Assembly: GCA_947630425.1 (NCBI GenBank)
Contig: CANRHN010000001.1
Location: 26,567 to 90,566, forward strand
Reading direction: 5' to 3'
DNA from: an uncultured Clostridia bacterium
GTDB taxonomy: Bacteria > Bacillota > Clostridia > Christensenellales > CAG-314
Length of the DNA: 64,000 bases
Shown here: positions 11,301 through 19,757 of the stretch, piece after piece
Layout of the letters: every line of letters starts with the position of its first letter
Position numbering within the stretch: position 1 is the first letter of the stretch
The notes under the pieces: model-generated
Told to the model about the DNA's origin: nothing
What the model saw: the letters and a program-made list of their open reading frames with translations, nothing else
Database searches by the model: none
Made by a program: the position numbers and the translations under genes

Positions 11301-11797
11301 ACGGCGACAGAAACGAAGTCGGGTCTGCCTACCACAAGGTGCTTCAGTATGTGGACTACCGCGCAGATACGGAGCAAATCAAGCAATGTGTCGAGGATTT
11401 GGTCAACGAGGAACGCGTCGATCGTCGTTTTGCGGACAAGCTGGACGTAAAATTGATTTTCGACGTCTTGAACAATCCCGAGTTGCGCGCGCTGTTGAGC
11501 AAAGGCAAAGCGTACCACGAAATACCCTTTATGCTGTATGTTCCCTACGACGAGCTGTCGCAGGACAAACGTTTTAAGGACAACGTGATGCTGCAAGGAG
11601 TTATAGACTTGCTTGTCAAAAACGGGGACGACGCCGTTGTTGTTGACTTCAAGTACACAACGCGCTCCGATTTGGTCGAACAACGTTACGCGGCGCAGTT
11701 AAAAAGCTACCGACTTGCCGTGCAACGTATATGCGGCGTGAAAAACGTCGAGTGCTACGTGCTTTCAATTGCGGACAACAAATTGATAAAAATGTAA
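8384..11797 (+). CDS. addA: Helicase-nuclease AddAB subunit A (UvrD/PcrA-like helicase with C-terminal nuclease)
   Basis: Walker A ASAGTGKTTTM and UvrD-family motifs (VDEYQDTNPVQ, MTMHASKGLEF, LLYVALTRAK). The gene is 1137 aa and translationally coupled to addB. Confidence 0.9.
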   Translation: MSGIDFTDAQKRVKNFCGEKNMLVSASAGTGKTTTMIECIASLLRGTEERTPVDVSEIVVVTFTNLAAAEMKAKLAQKLSAMCGEKGAKDRNWLAEQLEKLDNAAICTLHSFCSDLLRNYFYVVNIDPAFAILDALTVASLRKNALDDLFAEYFSKDDPVFREIYKIFSVNRREDNFRETLLRLYDFSRCQENFEQWYQQTRQSFVTFGEGNEIARSLKEDICQTLDYQAENMRKLATRAEEAQLAYANVFQHNADVLKSLSERDLQAILNGLYTLTLESLPPKKKNAQTDKNEEEIRQHYKQLKKDFDDRAKKYSNLCRGEQLSELWREMSLSVCHVDKMVELVTRFDELFWEEKRQRGGVDFNDLEHLTLKLLSDPDTLAEIQRRYKLVFVDEYQDTNPVQEAIVNKLSKQNNLFMVGDVKQSIYGFRGCEPSIFADKYERYKRTKEGEAEELNDNFRADSRILNFVNKVFENLMTERFGKVDYANDAKLSGRKTSPLDVVPVKINVIVKPKSEKKAIETVYDITAKVAEDGVKQGELISNRIKAYVGKKYFVKDDDGNLVERKIDYGDIVILMRSMTERAQDIYRTLVENNIPVAASFKVEGYSNKEVRDVINLLRVIDNPYNDIYLVGACLTFGKLTESELVPIRLDTTGRVPFYERLVSYADVGASLEIASKVRTFLQFLEQIRFYSYGASVCETVLKIFELTDYRLAVQQLPNGNMRLNKLHAFVDSIKDAAFAQSIAKFLAYVDETQEQSADAPIVPNAVRMMTMHASKGLEFPIVIIAGLEASFNFDRYSLKTNSKLGAALDYYNIQTMRVTQTVGSFVCDAVNQFKQREEEMRLLYVALTRAKFALELVATVDEARLTQLPKQQTRATSHFDWLHKLLFGKYDQKTVSDGVEVELVGAVEKLPSKGSDAGEQTVTVEEVREKLNFAYSYVNETKMPSKVVSSLLDKEYIDVTDEPKPDFVLNVDGDRNEVGSAYHKVLQYVDYRADTEQIKQCVEDLVNEERVDRRFADKLDVKLIFDVLNNPELRALLSKGKAYHEIPFMLYVPYDELSQDKRFKDNVMLQGVIDLLVKNGDDAVVVDFKYTTRSDLVEQRYAAQLKSYRLAVQRICGVKNVECYVLSIADNKLIKM

Positions 11798-11865
11798 CGC
11801 AAAACTTTTTACTTCCGTTTGAATTGCCTCAACAGTGGCAACAATCTAACAAAACGGAGGTAAAT

Positions 11866-12606
11866 ATGTATTACGTAATGAGAATTCTCAACATTTTGAA
11901 CAATCACCGCGTGTTTGTTCTGTCCGCGCTTTTTGCGGCACTGCTTGTGTTCGGCATTGTAAATTGGGCGTACGACCCCTATCGCAAAAGCAACGCAAAG
12001 CTCAAAGCGTGCGTCAAAGGAATGCGCGCATACCCTTCCAAGGTTGCGCTGTACATGGCAATGTTGCCGGCGGACTATCGCAGACAGTGGCGTGCTTTTG
12101 TCAATTGCAAGACAGACAAACCATCGCTTGTGTTTGAATTTGTTCCCCAAAAAAAGCGCGTGGTCGCATTGTGGCTGCTCATTGCCGCTTCGGTGGCGAC
12201 AACCTTTTATGTGGCTGTTTTTGCTTTGGTAAGCATGAATTTTACCTACATCGTGCTACAGGTTGTTTTTTGGTTGGCATTTACGATCATATTGTTGGTC
12301 GAACGCGTCATAGCGCGCCACAACGTGCGCCGCGCCAAACAGCTGTTCGGACAAATGGTGGCGCAGTTGACCGCTTGCACGCCAGCAAGTCACACAACGG
12401 TAGTGGAGGACACCGTTACCGCATTGAAAAAGCTCAACAAGGCGGACGTGACGGACGAAACGGTAGGAAAAGCGTGCGAGTTGCTACGCAACAAAGGGCT
12501 GGACGGCAAAGAACCTCGCACAACAGAGGAACAGCGGCGTATCAACGTTGCGCTCAACGGCTTACTGCAAGCCTATGCAAAAAATGCGGCTCGCAAGTCG
12601 ATTTGA
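11866..12606 (+). CDS. Hypothetical membrane protein
   Basis: ATG at 11866 follows a GGAGG RBS. There are three or four predicted TM helices and no recognisable domain. Confidence 0.5.
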   Translation: MYYVMRILNILNNHRVFVLSALFAALLVFGIVNWAYDPYRKSNAKLKACVKGMRAYPSKVALYMAMLPADYRRQWRAFVNCKTDKPSLVFEFVPQKKRVVALWLLIAASVATTFYVAVFALVSMNFTYIVLQVVFWLAFTIILLVERVIARHNVRRAKQLFGQMVAQLTACTPASHTTVVEDTVTALKKLNKADVTDETVGKACELLRNKGLDGKEPRTTEEQRRINVALNGLLQAYAKNAARKSI

Positions 12607-12613
12607 AAATCAT

Positions 12614-12643
12614 TCTCCCAACTGCGGTTGGGGGATTTTTTTA
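12614..12643 (+). terminator. Intrinsic terminator
   Basis: Stem TCTCCCAAC (12614-12622), loop TGCG, stem GTTGGGGGA (12627-12635), then TTTTTTT. Confidence 0.75.
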
Positions 12644-12683
12644 TTGTATGCTTTGTAAAATTGTGGTATAATAAACAAACAGG

Positions 12684-14513
12684 TTGAGAGAAATGATACA
12701 GAACGTCGATCTTCAGACAAAATTGAAAAATCTTCCCGACGAGCCGGGCGTGTACATCATGTACGACGCCGACGGCAACGTTTTATATGTGGGAAAAGCA
12801 AAAATTCTCAAAAACCGAGTCAGACAGTACTTTCACGCGTCCACCAACAAGACGGAAAAGGTGCTTGCAATGCTCAGCCACGTCGCCGACTTCAAGTACA
12901 TTATCACCGCCAGCGAAACGGACGCTTTGAGTTTGGAAAACACTCTGATAAAACAGTACACCCCGCCCTACAACATCTTGTTAAAGGACGACAAGCAGTA
13001 CCCGTATATCAAGGTAAATCTCAAAGCGGACTACCCCAAATTTGTGTCTACGCGCAAGCTTAGCAAGGACAAGTGCCGTTACTTCGGACCGATAACGCAG
13101 GGCGGAGCCAAGGCATTTTTGGAAATTCTCGGCAGCGTTTTCCCGACCGTCAGTTGCAACAACAATTTTGCCAAATTGCCCAAAAACTTTCGCCCATGTC
13201 TCAACTATCACATAGGCAAGTGTTGCGCCCCGTGCATAGGCAACGTAACAAAAGAGGAATATCGCAAGATCGTGAACAGGGCAATGGCGTTTTTGTCGGG
13301 AGACGACAGCGAGGTTCGGCAGGTGTTGGAACAAAAAATGCTTGCCGCCTCCGAAAAAATGCAGTACGAACAAGCCTTGACGTACAAGAGGTACTTGCAG
13401 TTAATTGACAAAATAAATCAACAACGCATAGTGGTTCTCAACAAGTTTGTGGACTACGACATGTTCGCCGTGGCGTCAAACGGAAAAAATTGCGTCGTAA
13501 ACCACACAATGATACGCGGCGGCAAAGTTATTTTTTCCGAAAACAACGCCGTGTCCGACGCGGGTATAGACGAGGCGCAAACATTGTCGAGCTTTTTGGC
13601 GGAGTACTGTCAATTGGTAAAGCTATGCGGCGAATTGTATACCAACGTGGAACTGCCCGACGCCGAGGAGCTTCAGCAGCTGATTACGGAAAAAACGGGC
13701 ACAAAAACAAAAATTTACTGCCCCAAAAGGCAGGACAAAAAGCGTCTTGTGGACATGTCATACCGCAATGCGGTGGAGTACCTTACAAAAAGCCAAACCG
13801 CACTTGACAAAAAATATAACGCCACCCATGGCGCAGTTTTGCAGCTCAAGGAGATGTTGCATCTCAAAAAACTTCCCAATCGCGTCGAGTGTTACGACAT
13901 CAGCAACGTGCAGGGCGTAGACAAGGTTGCAAGCATGGTGGTCTTTACCAACGGGCAAAAGGACGCCTCGCAGTACAGACGGTTCAAAATCAACACCGTC
14001 GAGGGAGCAAACGACTTTGCAAGCATGCGCGAGGTGCTGTTGCGCCGCTTTGAGCGTATGAAAGAAGATGACGGGGTGTTCGGCAAAACTCCCGACCTTA
14101 TTGTCGTGGACGGAGGTTTGGGGCAGTTGGACTACGCGCGTCAGGCGATGGAAGAAGCGGGCGTGGAAGTTCAGCTTGTGTCCCTTGCCAAGCAACAGGA
14201 ACTTGTGTACACCTTGGGGACAAATCAACCGACATTTTTGCCGCGCAACAGCTATGCGTTGAACTTGCTCATCAACATTCGTGACGAAAGTCACCGTTTT
14301 GCCATCACTTACTTCCGCAAATTGCACAACAAAACGAGCATCAAGTCGGTGTTGCAGGACGTGCCCGGCATAGGCGAAAAACGGCGCATAGAGTTGCACC
14401 GCAAATTCAAGTCTATGGACGCGTTGAAAGAGGCGACAGTGGAACAAATTGCCGAAACTCGCGGCATGACCCGCCCCGCGGCGGAAGCGTTGTACAAGTA
14501 TCTTCACGAATAA
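12684..14513 (+). CDS. uvrC: Excinuclease ABC subunit C
   Basis: GIY-YIG N-terminus GVYIMYDADGNVLYVGKAKILKNRVRQYF, a UvrBC-interaction region, and a C-terminal HhH pair. An alternative ATG lies at 12693. A TGG-TATAAT extended -10 lies at 12664-12672. Confidence 0.95.
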   Translation: MREMIQNVDLQTKLKNLPDEPGVYIMYDADGNVLYVGKAKILKNRVRQYFHASTNKTEKVLAMLSHVADFKYIITASETDALSLENTLIKQYTPPYNILLKDDKQYPYIKVNLKADYPKFVSTRKLSKDKCRYFGPITQGGAKAFLEILGSVFPTVSCNNNFAKLPKNFRPCLNYHIGKCCAPCIGNVTKEEYRKIVNRAMAFLSGDDSEVRQVLEQKMLAASEKMQYEQALTYKRYLQLIDKINQQRIVVLNKFVDYDMFAVASNGKNCVVNHTMIRGGKVIFSENNAVSDAGIDEAQTLSSFLAEYCQLVKLCGELYTNVELPDAEELQQLITEKTGTKTKIYCPKRQDKKRLVDMSYRNAVEYLTKSQTALDKKYNATHGAVLQLKEMLHLKKLPNRVECYDISNVQGVDKVASMVVFTNGQKDASQYRRFKINTVEGANDFASMREVLLRRFERMKEDDGVFGKTPDLIVVDGGLGQLDYARQAMEEAGVEVQLVSLAKQQELVYTLGTNQPTFLPRNSYALNLLINIRDESHRFAITYFRKLHNKTSIKSVLQDVPGIGEKRRIELHRKFKSMDALKEATVEQIAETRGMTRPAAEALYKYLHE

Positions 14514-14576
14514 CAAGCGGGGCTGTCGCGTTAAACAATTTTTCTAAAAACAAATCAAAAATTACTTTACAAAACT

Positions 14577-15059
14577 TTACTTTTTTTCGGGGTTGGTAGA
14601 ACCGAGTCCGCCGTTGCGTTTTGTCGTTACGTCGTCGTCCTCTGTAAGCATGTACCGCACAAAAATGCCCTGCGCAAAAGCCGTTCCCGCGTCGATGTGC
14701 AGCGGTTTGTCGCTTTCGTTTGTCATGCGCACGAAAATGTGTCCTTCGTTGTCGCTTTCGCAGTAGTCGGCGTCAATGATACCAACGGTGTTGTTTAGTT
14801 TCAAACGGTACTTAAAGCCGAGACCGCTTCGGGGAAAGATCATCAGACACACATCGTCGGGCATAAGCGCACGCACGCCCGTTGCCACGGTTACCGTCTC
14901 GTCGGGAGCAAGATCCAATGCCGCCGGCGCAAAAAAATCGTAGCCCGCGCTTTTGGCTGTGGCGCGGCGGGGCAGGCGAACGTTTTCGTAGGCTTCGCGC
15001 GTGCCGTTTTGTGCAAAAACATCAAACGAAACCTTTTCAAATTTGGCAGTTGTTTTCAT
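14577..15059 (-). CDS. dut: dUTP diphosphatase (trimeric dUTPase family)
   Basis: ATG at 15059 follows GGAGTA. Motifs SAGYDF, PRSGLG, GIIDADY and RNGGLGST. Confidence 0.8.
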   Translation of the reverse strand: MKTTAKFEKVSFDVFAQNGTREAYENVRLPRRATAKSAGYDFFAPAALDLAPDETVTVATGVRALMPDDVCLMIFPRSGLGFKYRLKLNNTVGIIDADYCESDNEGHIFVRMTNESDKPLHIDAGTAFAQGIFVRYMLTEDDDVTTKRNGGLGSTNPEKK

Positions 15060-15174
15060 TACCGTACTCCTTGTTGACACCATTGTAGCACACAATTTGA
15101 ATTTTCTCAACCTTATGATTGTTTACATTGTGCAATTTTTGTGCTACAATATTGCCTATACAAAGGAGTTTTTT

Positions 15175-16989
15175 ATGTCTATTCGCAATTTGACCACCAC
15201 TTGGGGAAAGAACATAGATTCCAAACCGTTGCAGGAATATCCGCGTCCGCAGTTTGTGCGCAAAAGCTATTTTAACCTTAACGGTTGGTGGGAATATGCA
15301 ATTACCGTCAAAGATGTCATTCCCGACGACTTTCACGGCAAAATTTTAGTGCCTTTTTCGCCCGAAAGTTCGCTTTCCGGCGTGGGACACCAGCTTCGTC
15401 CAAAGGAATTTTTGTTTTATCGCAGAAACTTCACGTTGCCCAAAACATTTGTAAAGGACAGAATTTTGTTGCATTTCGGCGCGGTAGACAGCGTGTGCGA
15501 CGTGTACGTCAACGGAACAAACGTATGTCATCACGAGGGCGGCTACAACTCCTTCAGCGTAGACGTGACGGAGCATATCAAGCCCGATGACGAAAACGAA
15601 CTTATGCTGAAAGTGACGGACGCAACGGACGCAGGCTACCAAACGCGCGGCAAGCAATCCACTCATCGCGGCGGTATATGGTACACGCCTCAAAGCGGCA
15701 TTTGGCAAACGGTGTGGATGGAGAGCGTGCCCGCCCAGTACATTTCCGGCGTGCGCATAACGCCCGACTTCGACAACGCCGAGGTAAATGTGGAGGTACA
15801 ATGTAACTTTGACGAGCCCGTCACCGTTGTAATAGTGGACGGCGATGTGGAAATTGCCAAAAATGACGGAAAAAAACGCATAACAGTGCGTTTCCCGAAC
15901 AAACAGTTTGTGCCTTGGACGCCCGAAAATCCGCACCTGTACGGTTTGAAACTTATTTCACGGCGCGACCGCGTAGACAGCTATTTCGGCATGCGCAAAT
16001 TCGGCTGCGAAATGGCAGGCAAATACCCCCGCTTGATGCTCAACAACAAGCCCTACTTCCACACGGGGTTGTTGGATCAGGGGTATTGGAGCGACGGCTT
16101 GTACACCGCACCGTCGGACGCCGCGCTTGTTTACGACATTCAATTGGCAAAGAGTCTCGGGTTCAACATGCTGCGCAAGCACATCAAGGTAGAACCCGCC
16201 CGTTGGTACTATCACTGCGACCGATTGGGTATGCTTGTGTGGCAAGACATGCCCAGCGGAGGCACAAAGTACAGCAAGTGGACCACAATGTACGCGCCTT
16301 ACGTGGGAATGAATTTCAAAGACAGCAGGTACTCGAGCTTTGGTAGAAAAAAGCAGGAAAGCCGCGATTTGTTTGTCAAGGAGTACACCGAGCTGATCGA
16401 TCAACTGTACAACTGCGTTTCCATTGCAATGTGGGTCCCTTTCAACGAGGGCTGGGGGCAGTTTGACGCAAACAAAATTGCTGCGCTGACCAAAAAGCTT
16501 GACCCCACGCGCACGGTGGATCACGCAAGCGGTTGGCACGATCAGGGCGGCGGAGACGTAAAAAGTCTGCATGTCTACTTCAAAAAATTTCGCATGCCCA
16601 AAGAAAAAAGGCGCGCCGTGTGTCTGACGGAATTCGGAGGGTACAGCTACAAGGACGAGCAGCACAGCGCAAACCTCGACAACACATTCAGCTACAAACA
16701 GTTTTCCGATTTGCACGAGTACAACGCGGGATTGGTTGAGCTGTACGAACGGGACGTTGTGCCGTATATAAATCGCGGATTGTGCGCCGCCGTTTATACG
16801 CAGCTTAGCGACGTAGAGGACGAAGTGAACGGATTGGTCACCTACGACCGCAAAGTGGTAAAGGTGGACGTTGAGCAAATGCGGCAGTTAAACGCCAAGC
16901 TCAATCTTAACAAGCTTGCGGAGCTTTTGGAACAAGGCAAGTACAAACCGTCGGAAGTGCATTTGCCCATCTACGAGGAAACGACATGA
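15175..16989 (+). CDS. Glycoside hydrolase family 2 protein
   Basis: ATG at 15175 follows AAAGGAG. Motifs NGWWEY, YVNGTNVCHHEGGYNSF..DVT and WVPFNEGWGQ resemble GH2 sugar-binding and catalytic regions. Substrate unknown. Confidence 0.7.
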   Translation: MSIRNLTTTWGKNIDSKPLQEYPRPQFVRKSYFNLNGWWEYAITVKDVIPDDFHGKILVPFSPESSLSGVGHQLRPKEFLFYRRNFTLPKTFVKDRILLHFGAVDSVCDVYVNGTNVCHHEGGYNSFSVDVTEHIKPDDENELMLKVTDATDAGYQTRGKQSTHRGGIWYTPQSGIWQTVWMESVPAQYISGVRITPDFDNAEVNVEVQCNFDEPVTVVIVDGDVEIAKNDGKKRITVRFPNKQFVPWTPENPHLYGLKLISRRDRVDSYFGMRKFGCEMAGKYPRLMLNNKPYFHTGLLDQGYWSDGLYTAPSDAALVYDIQLAKSLGFNMLRKHIKVEPARWYYHCDRLGMLVWQDMPSGGTKYSKWTTMYAPYVGMNFKDSRYSSFGRKKQESRDLFVKEYTELIDQLYNCVSIAMWVPFNEGWGQFDANKIAALTKKLDPTRTVDHASGWHDQGGGDVKSLHVYFKKFRMPKEKRRAVCLTEFGGYSYKDEQHSANLDNTFSYKQFSDLHEYNAGLVELYERDVVPYINRGLCAAVYTQLSDVEDEVNGLVTYDRKVVKVDVEQMRQLNAKLNLNKLAELLEQGKYKPSEVHLPIYEETT

Positions 16990-17435
16990 CGCAAGCGGAA
17001 AAATTTATGAAGGCTGCGCTCAGACAGGCAAAAATATCCGCCAAAGCGGACGAAGTGCCTATCGGAGCGGTGGTGGTAAAACAGGGCAAAGTTATTGCTC
17101 GCGCGCACAACAGGCGTAACGCTTCGCATGACGCGACGGAGCATGCGGAATTGGTCGCAATACGCCGCGCTTGCAAACGTCTCGGCGATTGGCGATTGAC
17201 GGGCTGCGACCTGTACGTCACGTTAGAACCCTGCGTGATGTGTCTCGGAGCGTGTTACAACGCGCGCCTTTCCTCGGTCACGTTCGGAGCGTTTGACTTG
17301 AGCGGCAACGGGTGTTTGCCCCTTGCGGAAATGGTCGAACACACGTTGAACCACGAACTGCAGCTAAACGGCGGCGTGTTGGAAAAGCAGTGTTCCGAGC
17401 TACTCAGCGACTACTTCAAATCCAAACGCAACTAA
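16986..17435 (+). CDS. tadA: tRNA adenosine(34) deaminase
   Basis: HAELVAIRRA ... PCVMCLGA deaminase zinc motif. ATGA start/stop overlap with the GH2 gene. Confidence 0.9.
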   Translation: MTQAEKFMKAALRQAKISAKADEVPIGAVVVKQGKVIARAHNRRNASHDATEHAELVAIRRACKRLGDWRLTGCDLYVTLEPCVMCLGACYNARLSSVTFGAFDLSGNGCLPLAEMVEHTLNHELQLNGGVLEKQCSELLSDYFKSKRN

Positions 17436-17470
17436 AAAAGGACTGTCGTTTCAAGCGACAGCCCTTTTAA
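17436..17470. terminator. Bidirectional terminator
   Basis: AAAAAAGGACTGTCG ... CGACAGCCCTTTT hairpin between convergent genes. Confidence 0.7.
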
Positions 17471-17472
17471 CG

Positions 17473-18201
17473 TTAAACGCCGTTTTGACCGTTGTCATGC
17501 AGTTGTTCTCGAATTTCGCGTACCGCGTCAACATCCGTCTGTTCGGAATTGCTGTCGGCGTTTTCGTCCGCTTTGGCACATTCCTCGCAGTTGTCCGTAA
17601 ACGGTTGCTCGTATATATCCGCCGACAGCTCTCGTTGTTGAGTAAGCGTTTTCGCAAGCTTTTCCGCCTTGTCGAGGTCGGGTCTGTAGCTGCTTTTGAG
17701 ACGACGTATCACAAAATTTACCGAATTAAAGGTAAGCCCCAGCGTATTTTTGAATGCGTCGGCAATCAAACAGCGCAACACGTCTACCGATTCGGAAACG
17801 TTGTGAGTGGCGACGTCCACCTTGAAGGTTGCAACAATGCCGTTCCTTTCATCGAGGCGCATTTTTGTTTTGCGTACGCGCACGCCTTTAACTTTTTTTG
17901 CACAGTTTTTTACAATGTTTTTTATCACTTTTACGTTTGCATGCGTTGCGCTTTCACTGTCGCAGTGCAGCAGCACCTGTTTGAGCGTTGCGTTTTCGGA
18001 AAAATTTACGTAAATGATGTAGCCGGACAACAGCAGGTACACAATTGCAAGAACGCCTATCAGCGTTCCCAACACCCCGTTGTTTGAAAGCGCGGTGTTT
18101 TCGGGAATAATGTTGAACAGATACAGCAGCGTTGTCACCACAAAAACAAACGTAATGCAAATTTGCGCGATTATCGCCACTTTTTCGGCAATTTTTCTCA
18201 T
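17473..18201 (-). CDS. Membrane-anchored protein, possibly Asp23/Gls24-like
   Basis: ATG at 18201 follows GGAGG. There are two N-terminal TM helices, then a beta-rich segment (VKVIKNIVKNCAKKVKGVRV..GIVATFKVDVA..) reminiscent of the Asp23 family, and an acidic tail. The family call is tentative. Confidence 0.4.
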   Translation of the reverse strand: MRKIAEKVAIIAQICITFVFVVTTLLYLFNIIPENTALSNNGVLGTLIGVLAIVYLLLSGYIIYVNFSENATLKQVLLHCDSESATHANVKVIKNIVKNCAKKVKGVRVRKTKMRLDERNGIVATFKVDVATHNVSESVDVLRCLIADAFKNTLGLTFNSVNFVIRRLKSSYRPDLDKAEKLAKTLTQQRELSADIYEQPFTDNCEECAKADENADSNSEQTDVDAVREIREQLHDNGQNGV

Positions 18202-18344
18202 AGACGAACCTCCGTTGTTAGTATGCCCAATATAGGAAAAAATACCTGCTTTCAACAAAAAAAACGTCCCTTTTTCAAGGGACGTCGGCGCGTTTTTTGG
18301 GGCGATGTGCCCGTTAAAGCGCGCAAGATCGTTTTGCGGTGCGG

Positions 18345-18965
18345 TCAACGTTGGTCGTTTTGTGTTTCTTTGTTAACGTTTTCAAAAGTAATCTCGGCAA
18401 CAGCCATCTGCAACGCGTTGTGCAGCGCGGTTCGCCGTTCGTGACCTTGTATCAACCAGCAATCGACGGCTTCCCACACGGAAAAAGTGCCGACAATACT
18501 TACCACTTCCAACATCAAAAGGTTTTTGTTCCTTATTTGCAAAAAGAAGTACAACGCCAATGCAATCACGCCGAATATCAGCAAAAATATTCCCAACAAT
18601 CTGTTTCGGCGAATGTCGTCCAATTTGTCGTAGACCTGCAAATTGTAGTGCTTGTGTACGGCAAGGTCTATTTGTTTTTGCTGTTCGGCAGTCAACTCGC
18701 GCCCGACAAAGTGTAAACAAATGTCGTACTCCGACGGAACAAAGTAAACCTGCTCGTCTATATAGTTGTAAATTTCGGGATTTAACACCTTGTAGCTGTT
18801 GGGGGCCAAGGGGTGGAACAGCTCCAAATCGGGAGGCAAAACAATGTCTATTTGCACCTTTCCGTTGGGTAACAGTCTGTCTCGGACAAATTGCTCATTG
18901 GAAAATTTGTTCAAATCGCTTTTTAACAACGACATTCTTTTTTTGTATGTTTCTTTTTTGTTCAT
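18345..18965 (-). CDS. Hypothetical membrane protein
   Basis: ATG at 18965 (MNKKETYKK..). Two TM helices in the C-terminal half; no recognised domain. Confidence 0.5.
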   Translation of the reverse strand: MNKKETYKKRMSLLKSDLNKFSNEQFVRDRLLPNGKVQIDIVLPPDLELFHPLAPNSYKVLNPEIYNYIDEQVYFVPSEYDICLHFVGRELTAEQQKQIDLAVHKHYNLQVYDKLDDIRRNRLLGIFLLIFGVIALALYFFLQIRNKNLLMLEVVSIVGTFSVWEAVDCWLIQGHERRTALHNALQMAVAEITFENVNKETQNDQR

Positions 18966-19103
18966 TTTGCACCTCGTACCGTTATATTGTAGCACTTGCG
19001 CCGCTCAAACACAAGCGACGGGGGATTATTTTGAAAACATTGACTATTATTTGTTTGAAAGCGGTTGATTTTTTTGCCGCTTTGTTGTACAATAGTAAAG
19101 CAT

Positions 19104-19180
19104 CTGGGTGTAGCGCAGTTTGGTAGCGCACTAGACTGGGGGTCTAGGTGTCGCTGGTTCAAGTCCAGTCACTCAGACCA
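19104..19180 (+). tRNA. tRNA-Pro (anticodon GGG)
   Basis: Hand-folded cloverleaf: acceptor CTGGGTG/CACTCAG, D stem GCGC/GCGC, anticodon stem CTAGA/TCTAG with loop CTGGGGG, T arm GCTGG-TTCAAGT-CCAGT, discriminator A, encoded CCA. Confidence 0.9.
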
Positions 19181-19675
19181 TGTGGGCGGACATTCGCCCT
19201 TATGTTGCAACGGAAAGGGAGCAGATAACTGCTCCCTTTTCCATTGCTGCCTTTAGGCTCGTCCGTCCACGGTCTCGTGACTGGATAGTCCGAAATAATG
19301 TAGCGCTCCACTTCGTTTCGCTCACTCGGCTGCGCCGAGACAAGTCCAGTCACTCAGACCAATGCACAGGCGACGCCGTGTGGGGTCGCAACGAAAAAGG
19401 CACAAGGGAATTGTGCCTTTTTTTCGTTTCTTCCTTTTGGCGCGCCTGTGCAGGTCTTTCGTGACTGAATCGTTTGAAATGATGTGTCGGGATTGACGCT
19501 TCGCGTAACAATCCCTGTTCCGTCGCGGCTTCGCCGCTCCTTGCAAGTCCGGTCACTCAGACCATGTGGGCGGACATTCGCCCTTATGTTGCAACGGAAA
19601 GGGAGCAGGTGGCTGCTCCCTTTTCCATTGCTGCCTTTAGGTTTCGCCCACGGTCTCGTAACTTTATTGTGCGAA
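19181..19675 (+). repeat. Three tandem tRNA-trailer units separated by copies of the tRNA-Pro 3' 21-mer
   Basis: CAAGTCCAGTCACTCAGACCA (19160-19180) recurs at 19341-19361 (perfect) and 19544-19564 (1 mismatch). The 98 nt from 19160 are nearly identical to 19544-19641. Each unit carries an A-run/hairpin/T-run. Confidence 0.85.
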
Positions 19676-19710
19676 CTAAGAAAAGGAAGGTGTCCGAACA
19701 GACACCTTCC
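19676..19710 (-). terminator. Intrinsic terminator of the 831-aa lipoprotein gene
   Basis: GGAAGGTGTC (19685-19694) pairs with GACACCTTCC (19701-19710), followed on the minus strand by TTTTCTT. Confidence 0.75.
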
Positions 19711-19757
19711 GCTGTGAAAATTGTCAACAATCGATTGGTTTCAAAAAACACCGCGCA

